Origin: Octopus vulgaris
Taxonomy: Eukaryota
Length of the DNA stretch: 64,000 bases
Direction: 5' to 3'
Assembly: GCA_951406725.2 (NCBI GenBank)
Contig: OX597815.1
Span: 102,052,001-102,116,000 of the forward strand
Part shown: one piece after another, positions 54,742 through 64,000 of the stretch
Layout of the letters: the number at the start of each line of letters is the position of its first letter
How positions within the stretch are numbered: the stretch's first letter is position 1
Position numbers and translations under genes: made by a program
Notes under the pieces: model-generated
The model's database searches: none
What the model was told of the DNA's origin: nothing
Seen by the model: only the letters and a program-made list of their open reading frames with translations

Positions 54742-54997
54742 TTGTACACACATAAACTCAATTCATATTTTAGCTAATTAATACGCTGTCGCCACCCAAT
54801 GTACTATTACGTAAACCAGCAATAACATTGCTTTTAATAACATTTTTCATAAGTAAGCTATATCTCCCCCTCCCCCCTTTCTCTAGGACCTGTGAAACAC
54901 ACTCCTGAGGAAAGCATAAAGACGGAGGAAACTAGTTGTTTGGTTGTTAATGCCCGAGTCTCCAGTTGAATGATTTGTGTCATGTGATTTCAATAAG

Positions 54998-55377
54998 GAT
55001 GGAAGCACTCCGTCGGTTACGACGACGAGGGTTCCGGTTGATCCGATCAACGGAACAGCCTGCTCGTGAAATTAACGTGTAAGTGGCTGAGCACTCCACA
55101 GACACGTGTACCCTTAACGTAGTTCTCGGGGATATTCAGCGTGACACAGAGAGTGACAAGGCCCTTTGAAATACAGGTACAGCAGAAACAGGAAGTAAGA
55201 GTGAGAGAAAGTTGTGGTGAAAGAGTACAGCAGGAATCCCCACCAACCCCTGCCGGAGCCTCGTGGAGCTTTAGGTGTTTTCGCTCAATAAACACTCACA
55301 ACGCCCGGTCTGGGAATCGAAACCGCGGTCCTACGACCGCGAGTCCGCTGCCCTAACCACTGGGCCATTGCGCCTCC
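54998..55377 (-). mobile_element. Full-length young tRNA-derived SINE with 12 bp target-site duplication
   Basis: GATTTCAATAAG at 54986-54997 and 55378-55389. The minus-strand head is GGAGGCGCAATGGCCCAGTGGTTAGG...GGTTTCGATTCCC. Confidence 0.9.
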
Positions 55378-56196
55378 GATTTCAATAAGATATCTATTAG
55401 TGAAACTTTCTAGAATTGTTTTATATGATTTGCACCTCTCACAAGTCAACTTTCAGTGAATTAAATGGAAGAAAGGTCTCAAGGCTGAGACGATTCTTCT
55501 AAATGTGGTTGGTGCCACAGTGACTTGAACGTGAATAGCAGTCAAAGTACTGAATTACAATAGGGGCCAGATTGTCGGAATCCTTCAGGTTTGAAGAAAC
55601 GTTCATCCGAGTATGTCTTAATCTCCGACTGCGATGGACGTAAACGTGTTTTAATTCTTTCCATAAAAGTTTCACTGTGGTAACTGCCAAATAGATTTCC
55701 ATAATGACTCTTTACCAAGAAATAGAAGCGAAGCCATTCGATGTGTCATTATGCATGTTTTTCACTACCCTTCTACGTTTCAGCACCTGAACCCTTACTT
55801 CAGAGGTGGGTTACACTGAAGTCGTCTGTGACACAAACAAGCAGTGTCTGCATATGGGAACGATTTCGTAGTCATAGTGTTGGACACGTTGAAAAATGAG
55901 GTAATTCGCGTGAATTGATCAAAATTCAAAATGATATTTAGAGAGGCAAATCCATGCAAGTTGGATACTGAGGATACAGTTAAAATGTAGATGTGGTCTT
56001 ACTTTTGAACAGACACCAGGGTAAATAGTAATAAATCTTGCTTAGAAGTTGTAGTCGCAGTGAGATTTGGTTTCTGCTGAACCTGATATGTATTCATTGT
56101 TTTATGCTTAAATCTGTAATTACTTTTAAATGTCATAACCATATAAAGTTTTCAGTGCTTCAGAATTGAAAAAGTAAAAAGAAAGAAGACACTTAC

Positions 56197-56299
56197 CCCC
56201 AGACCAGAGTTCTGATAAAATTATTTTAGAAGTTTCATTTAAAACCACAGAAGGATGAGGTGATGGTTTTAAATCAGGTGATGGATTAAGTTTGTTACC
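56197..56299 (-). other. Candidate 103 bp exon
   Basis: Acceptor TTTCTGTTTTCTTCAAG|, donor GGG|GTAAGT, one open frame GNKLNPSPDLKPSPHPSVVLNETSKIILSELWSG. No homology recognised. Confidence 0.3.
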
Positions 56300-56429
56300 C
56301 TTGAAGAAAACAGAAATCATTATTATTGTTACAAAAGGACTTTCATCTAATAGCTCTTTTCATAGTTGAACACCATCGGTTGTTAACGATTTCCTCCATT
56401 AAATCACACTTAACTAGATCTATAATCCG

Positions 56430-57060
56430 GTCTCTGTAAATTTGGTTAGCAAGACGCATTCAGATTCCTGTAACTGGATCTATGCTTATGCAAGTTATCC
56501 AGGTCGACCGTACAGATCCCAAACTTGTGGTTTTTGCTACCAATCAATTTGAATTATGGATGACCTCTGGTATCCCTATCTGCTGGCCCACAAAATTATC
56601 TATCTCGATACGATATGGTTGACCCGATGCTCTTTACCCATGTCCACATTAGCACATTCGAGAAATTCAGTTCACACGTGTCAGCCTATTGGAAACTGCT
56701 GAGGGTTTGTGAGGACAAATAACACTCCTCTTATCTAGATGATAAGAGGAGTGTTATTTGTCCTCACAAACCCAAAATAATCCAACATAATCCAAACGTG
56801 TATCTAAGATTGCGTTCCAATCACATATTTGCACTAAAATGTGGGACATTCCCTGGAAAACTTCCAAACGCATGAAGAAATCTGGATATCTCATTCCAGC
56901 GGAATCAAATACGACGACTAGTCTAAAGACATCAACTTCGGTAGAGTTGACGTCCAGGACCACCAACTCACCGTCCAGATCCAGAATGATCGACCGTGCT
57001 TCAGAGTTCAGGCCTTTCTGAAACAGCACCGCACCACCCCAACGATTCCGAGCCAAAGGT
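56430..57060 (-). mobile_element. Tx1/L1-clade LINE endonuclease fragment (same family as 17570-19090)
   Basis: GGAVLF...DLDGELVVLDV...FRLVVVF...ICDWNAILD (APE GDWN motif); nucleotide similarity to 18780-19050. Confidence 0.75.
56703..56773. repeat. Perfect 33 bp inverted repeat, 5 nt loop
   Basis: GGGTTTGTGAGGACAAATAACACTCCTCTTATC-TAGAT-GATAAGAGGAGTGTTATTTGTCCTCACAAACCC. Confidence 0.95.
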
Positions 57061-58191
57061 GTTCTAGTCTACATGCATTTATACACCCCACTCTCAGAAC
57101 TGCCATATTGAGAGAAAGGGGAAAAGGAGAAAAGAAAACGAATTACTTATGCATTTGATGGTTTCGGACTGGGTGATTCGGTTTCCCTGAAATTTGGGGG
57201 GTTTTTTTTAACAAATTCTTTAAGATCCTACTGCTCGACCTTGCACTGGAGCTTCCCCCATCATCTAAAAAATCACCCTCATGATTTTGCTTGTTTTCAA
57301 GTGAAGCCTTATCAATTTTAAATTTTGTGGCATTTTGAAAGTGGTGGACATGAAGACCTTTCACTCCATTTCAATGTTTTTCTTTTGTGCAACAAAGGAC
57401 ATCAGGTTTTGATTCGTGATCAAAATTTCTGCCAGAAGAACATGGATGTGGAGGTACTCAGTGGTGTGACCTAATGCTTGCATCATACTAGACTCTGCTA
57501 AAAGCATCTAATAATCAGTTCATAAAACTGATTTTGTTGTTTAGCCCAAGGCCAACTCCAATTAAATAAGCTGATGATCAAAAACATTCTAGGCGTGGCT
57601 ATTGCTGTCTATTCTCAACACTACTTTGTCAATGTGTCGTTCCTCTCTTTGGATAGAAGAAACGTAAACTGAAGAAAATTTAGAAGTTATTTGTAGCAAG
57701 TCGATCGGCTAGATAGAGATACCCTTTGTTGGTTTACTAGGCTGTAGCGTTACTTCGGGAGACGTTTTAGGGTGGATGATGGGCTTATTAGTACCTCCAG
57801 AAGTTTGGCTGCTATTTCTAGTAGGTCGAGCAGCTACCGAACACAACGTTCTGCTTCTTCAATAACAAGTGTCTCACACCACTGTTATATAATTCATCAC
57901 TGTATATGCGTAAGTGCAGTCTCAATAGACCTAGCCTGGTGCTCTTGTGCTCCACAATAATGACAACAGCTGGTGTACTACACAAAATATCCGAAGGCAT
58001 TTTGGAGGAAAATTATATGGGGTTTAACAATCAATAAATAAATAAACAGAAAAAAATAGCAAGTACTATGTATTCACTCCTTCCGAAGCAGAAACTAATA
58101 AATTCACAAGCATCCTCCTAAAGGTAAACAGAGGATACAATCAAAGTTGAATCTACTGTAGCTTATCCTAACGTGACCAAAAGTTGCTCAT

Positions 58192-58870
<679 letters not shown>

Positions 58871-59214
58871 AAAAACTGGAAAAAACAATATCATCCTTAG
58901 GGAATTTTAATTGTTTATTGTAAACAAGACGGGTAAATGAAATAAAGGGAAAAAATCTTTGGAAGAACATGTTCCTGTAACAAAAAAGTTAAAATCGATT
59001 TCATGGCTAGAATTGGCTGCTGCTAAAATATTTCAGGAATCAATCACTTAACTATTGGCATGATATTTATCAAAATGCCACGTACGATTAACAAAGAAGC
59101 AAGTATATCGATTCAAAGTTGTAATTGTTATACATCCTTCAGTGTAAAGTCGTAATTGTACAATTGGAATCTCTCTGTTGATCTGTACAACTGTTGTAAT
59201 ATATATATATTTTT

Positions 59215-60060
59215 TTTTTCTCAGACTACTAAACACTGCTATTTCCTTAATTCTTCATATCTTTGCCTCACAATTAGAAGCTACTACTACACATTGGTCT
59301 TTCTTCTACCTCTTAACTCCACCCCCATTCCTCTATCTTTTACACTATAATACCTTTCTCTCTCGATCCCCACCCCTACTTTCAAATTATCTCCACTGAC
59401 CACTGACTTATCTATATCTTAAGTTTTCTTTTTTCTTTATTCCCTTTATTCATATCTTCAGGGTTTTATTCTTTTTTTATATTTTGTTATTTTTACTAAT
59501 CTTCTCTCTCCTTTCTCTTTCATTCTTTCTTTCTCTCCTCTTTTTCTCTTTCTTTTTTTTTTCTTTTCTCTTTATTTCATTCCTCTCTTCCTACTTTTAA
59601 TTTAACTATACTAATACACTCCCTATTTCTAGGTCATTTTAAATACAAACCTTGAATCTGCTACACTGTATATAAATTCCCAACTGGGAATGACCAAGTT
59701 TAAAAATCTGCTGGATCTCACTCATGTAAGGGAATCTTACATTGCTTATAAACTCTATATTTGGAAGGACTTACATTAAACTCTGTTGGACTTTTGGATT
59801 TTACTCAAAGGATATTGGAATTATGCCTATAAAATGGATTTACAAATTCAGTACCCATACATATCTTGCATCTATTTTCTTTCCTCCACCTCACTCTCTA
59901 GTTTTGAAACTAACTATGACTTAACTTTCCTCTCACACCGTCTCCAATGAAGGGATATTATTAATAAATATCCTGGAAACAGCTGTAAGACCTTCTATCT
60001 ATAAATGCTCTAATATCTACACAGTCTTGGTTTTTTTATCGTATTACGCAAAAAATTCTT
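59215..60060 (+). mobile_element. Penelope-like 3' fragment between (TA)n tracts with a mutated hammerhead (59940-59991)
   Basis: GTCT-CCAATGA-AG-GGATATT-ATTAATA-AATATCC-TG-GAAAC-AGCT-GTA-AGAC; core CTGATGA mutated to CCAATGA. Confidence 0.6.
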
Positions 60061-60109
<49 letters not shown>

Positions 60110-60144
60110 TGAGAGAGAGAGAAAGAAAGAAAGATAGATAGATG

Positions 60145-60252
<108 letters not shown>

Positions 60253-60485
60253 CTTTGTTCGTGTATTAAGGGTACCATTAATTTCATGTTTAAAAAATAT
60301 CTTGGTAACTCTTTAAGTCAATCACATAAAGAAATTGGCATTCATCTCCATTTTGGATTAAAACGTGATCGGCTTAAAGAATTAAGAAATTTTCTTAACA
60401 TGAATCCAATTATAGCCTTAATACACAATTTCATCCTTCAACGAGGTGTTGAACACTCATTCTTATTGCTCGATATTTACGTGTG

Positions 60486-60567
<82 letters not shown>

Positions 60568-61132
60568 CAGAGAGAGAGGCATACATGCATACATGTGTAC
60601 GCGCCCACGCATGTGTGTTAAAATGCTGACAAATTCAGACAACAATTAAAAGATTATAAGAGGGAAATGCAGCAACGAAGAAATTGAATATAAATAAACC
60701 AACTAAAGTTTATGCTTTCACAAACTGCAGATGTAACATATATGCCGCCTCCCAAATTAATCGACAAGTGTTAATCTAAGGTTTCATCCTTATTTCATCT
60801 TTTCACATTTGCTACAAATCAGATACAGATTCCTTTAACTAATTTTAACATAACATTTTTCATCCATCCATTCATACACGCGTGCGCGCACGCACACATA
60901 CACACACACACACAGAGTCATTCGTATATTTGATTTGAATTCTCTGACGAAAGAGCTGCTTTTTAAAAGCGATACAAAACTTCGTCGCTCTCATTTTGAA
61001 CCTGAGATAAGTCTTGTATATGTATTTGTCATTAATCTGTTTTATTTCAAGATTTCTTGCCAATAGAGAAAGAACCGGCTTCTAACCGAGATCCACGGTT
61101 CCTTCATTAGAATTTCAAAAACATTATCAGGG

Positions 61133-61450
61133 TATGTATGTACGTATGTATGTATGTATGTATGTATGTATGTATGTATGTATGTATGTATGTATGTATG
61201 TATGTATGTATGTATTTATGTACGTATGTATGTATGTATGTATGTATGTATGTATGTATGTACGTATGTATGTATGTATGCATGTATGTATGTATGTATG
61301 TATGTATGTATATATGTATGTATGTATGTATGCATGTATGTATGTATGTATGTATGTATATATGTATGTATGTATGTATGTACGTATGTACGTATGTATG
61401 TACGTATGTACGTATGTATGTGTGTATGTATGTATGTATATATGTATGTA
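61133..61450. repeat. (TATG)n microsatellite
   Basis: Direct reading. Confidence 0.95.
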
Positions 61451-61924
61451 TGCGTGTGTGTGTGTGTATGTGTGTATGTGTGTATGCAAGCCTGTAATTA
61501 TTCATATTTGTTCTTGGATCTTCAACGTAATATGTTCAACCAGCATCTAACTGCCTGACGTAAACGGATACAGCTGCCTGCACATAATGAGGAGCCCCTG
61601 TACTTTATGTAAGGGAGATAATTCATAAGAATATAAAGGGAACTAATCATTTAAAAAAAAAAAAGAAAAGAAACCCTCAAATTTTGGCACTATAGTAGAT
61701 CGATTTTGGTACTTTACTGGTACTTCATTTTATCGACCCTGGAATGATGAAAGGCAACGTTGACCGCTGCGAAATTTGAACACAGAATGCAAAGAGCTGG
61801 AATATTTGTTGCAACGCATTTCCCCTATTATATATATACACATTCAAATGTCTTGTACGTGATACTAGAAGAACAATCAGAGTTGATTTTTAGCAAATAA
61901 CGGAGCCTACACTTTTTTTCAATA

Positions 61925-62150
61925 CAGTAATTCCTCGACTATCACGGGTGTTACGTTCCAAAACCTGCCGCGATAGGTGAAAATCCGCGTAGTAGAAACT
62001 GTACTGTGCTCCTTTACTTTTTTTTTTTTTATTTTTATAATTTGCATATATTTATTTTATTATAAATGCAAAACAACATTACAGAGGAATCGACGTAAAC
62101 TTAAATAATAAACCGCGATAGATGAACTGCGATATAGCGAGGAATTATTG
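61925..62150. mobile_element. Pogo/Tigger-like MITE (226 bp)
   Basis: TA-CAGTAATTCCTCG ... CGAGGAATTATTG-TA termini with subterminal CCGCGATAG repeats. Confidence 0.8.
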
Positions 62151-62736
62151 TATTATACCTTTACAGTTTTTTATAATTTATATTATAAAACACTAACTCT
62201 AATTGCTAGTGTGGTGAATGGTTAAGAAATTCGCTTCGCAGTTCGAACGTTTTGAGTTCAGTCTGACGACACTACAATTTAGGCAAATGTTTTCTCACAT
62301 TTCTAACCGGAATTGATAAATGCTTTATCAATGGAATTTCATAAACGGAAACTGTTCGGAAGGCTTTGACACCCAATTGCGTCTAAACTGAGGCACCTCC
62401 TCGACGGATTTAGTTGATTGCATAGACCACAGTATTCAGTTTAAAGTCTGGTACTTGTACTTTCGTTTTCTTTTTGTCGAATCATTAAATTACCGTGATT
62501 GTTAAAACCCAACACACACACAGACACGCGCGCGCGCGCATGTACACGCGGGCGCGCGCAACAGATTATCATACAGGGGTTTCGTTTATCAAATACATTC
62601 ACACGAAGCATCGATCGACTCGGAGCTTTAGTGGGCGACTCATGCTCCTGGTGTCGCATAGTGAGACTGAACTAGATACCACATGAATGCGAAACAAACT
62701 TCTGAACCACAATAATGATATATATATATATATATA

Positions 62737-62855
62737 TCACCTTGATCACCTTGACCAACCAGTCCGTCAGGCGTCCATTTGACACCGCTGTCCACTCCTC
62801 TCTGGATCGCGCCTTTCTCATCCACGTGATCCCAATCGTCCTCCTGAAATCGTCA
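62737..62855 (-). mobile_element. RTE-like LINE extreme 3' end
   Basis: DDFRRTIGITWMRKARSREEW followed by a short (CAAGGTGAT) tandem tail. Confidence 0.5.
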
Positions 62856-63469
62856 GACAGAAACTACACAGTATTTGTTCTGAGATTCTTCGCTCTGAGT
62901 TCAAATCCCACCGATGTCCACCTTACATTTCATTCTTTCGAGGTCGAAAAAAAGGAACGTTCCATTCAAAGGAGGACATGTCTTGCGGTTGTTATCTCGG
63001 ATTTTTGCGTTCTGAGTTCAAATCTCACCATGCTTGAATTCGACAATAAGCTTAATCCGTTCCCCGGCTTAACACCATCACATGCCTTTAGCAGAATGCA
63101 CTTGGTTGGAAGCATTCAGGGTTAGTTTCCCGTTTAAGGATACCTTCTCCCCTGCTTTCCATCAGTTTTGGAGTCCGTGCAACATGTCAGAGCATTGTCT
63201 TCCTCCTTGACTAAATGATAAAAGTAAAAATGGCTAATTAATGCGTACGCATGTATGTGTGTGGTCGGCGTGTGCATACACACAATCACACACAACACAC
63301 ATACACACACTCATGCACACACTCATACACTCCCTCAGACTGGTATATACTTGCATATGCAGGGATAGTTTACTAATAAACTTTGTAAAGGGGAATAACT
63401 CAATAATTCAGTATTGTAAAGGAAGCTAACTCATTTTTATACAGAAAAAAATTCCTCATTTCGTTATTT

Positions 63470-63695
63470 GAGAAACGCGGACCGAGAGATGGGTTGGCTG
63501 TTGCAGCGAGCGTCACTGGCTATTCTCCGCGTCAACACCTTCGCACTCATCGCAACGTGCAGCTGAACACGCCATTTTATCTGGAGTGTAAAACTCGTTA
63601 CTCACTCCTCCCCTGTTTTCTGATGCTTACCCACCCTTTTATCTTTTTTTTTTTTTTTTTTTTTTTTTTAGATTTAGTTTAATAATAAAAAAAAA
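63470..63695 (+). mobile_element. CRE-like (RLE-type) LINE extreme 3' end
   Basis: 63483-63566 reads REMGWLLQRASLAILRVNTFALIATCS*, similar to the QRLSxAxQRGNA C-terminal motif; A-rich tail near 63680-63695. Confidence 0.45.
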
Positions 63696-63714
63696 TTTTC
63701 TCGCCTCCCGGATA

Positions 63715-63997
63715 GGGCTGCGTGTTGTGTTCTTGAGCAAGATACTTTATTTCACGTTACTCCCAATTCACTCAGCTGTAGAAATGAGCTGCGACAACCA
63801 CTGGTGCCAAACTCTATCGGCCTTTGCCTTTCCCTTGGATAACATCGGTGGAGTGGAGAACGGAGGCTGGTAAGCATAGCCGAATGCTGGTATTCCATAA
63901 AACAACCTTGTCCGGACTTGTGCCTCGGAGGGTAACTTTCTAGGTGCAATTCCATGGTCATTCATGACCGAAGCGGATCTTTACCCTTTACCCTTTG
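63715..63997 (+). mobile_element. CORE-type SINE with a third tail type ending in (TTTACCC) repeats
   Basis: GTGTTCTTGAGCAAGATACTTTATTTCACG...CTCAGCTGTAGAAATGAG core as in family C, with a different 3' half. Confidence 0.65.
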
Positions 63998-64000
63998 TCT

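Noticed and set aside
54901-54940. CTGAGGA...GAAACTAGTT hammerhead-like string
   Set aside because: Palindromic stem III is present but stems I and II do not pair; at best a decayed relic.
57143-57364. Minus ORF upstream of the LINE endonuclease fragment (possible ORF1 or exon)
   Set aside because: No diagnostic motif and no clear splice sites; cannot be assigned.

Overview
AT-rich, gene-poor animal DNA saturated with microsatellites [(TA)n, (CA)n, (TATG)n, (TATC)n, (GAA)n, (TAA)n] and retroposon debris. The repeat landscape strongly suggests a coleoid cephalopod, probably Octopus (inference from composition and SINE types). No intact protein-coding gene is supportable. Almost all ORFs in the track are microsatellite translations, and the rest are broken LINE ORF2 pieces (Tx1/L1, RTE, CR1-like, Jockey/I-like, CRE-like). 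The window also holds one Gypsy-type LTR 5' end next to an assembly gap, two TA-flanked MITEs, at least three modular tRNA-derived SINE families, a decayed 28S rRNA 3' fragment, and two weak minus-strand exon candidates. The most striking signal is invisible to the ORF track: a dense set of minimal type I hammerhead ribozyme motifs (CUGAnGA - stem II - GAAA - palindromic stem III - NUH). They lie in non-coding Penelope-like/retrozyme-like modules that often sit in (TA)n tracts, and two occur as long inverted repeats. A second theme is apparent microsatellite-specific insertion by several unrelated retroelements. Boundaries of degenerate elements are approximate and were read by eye.
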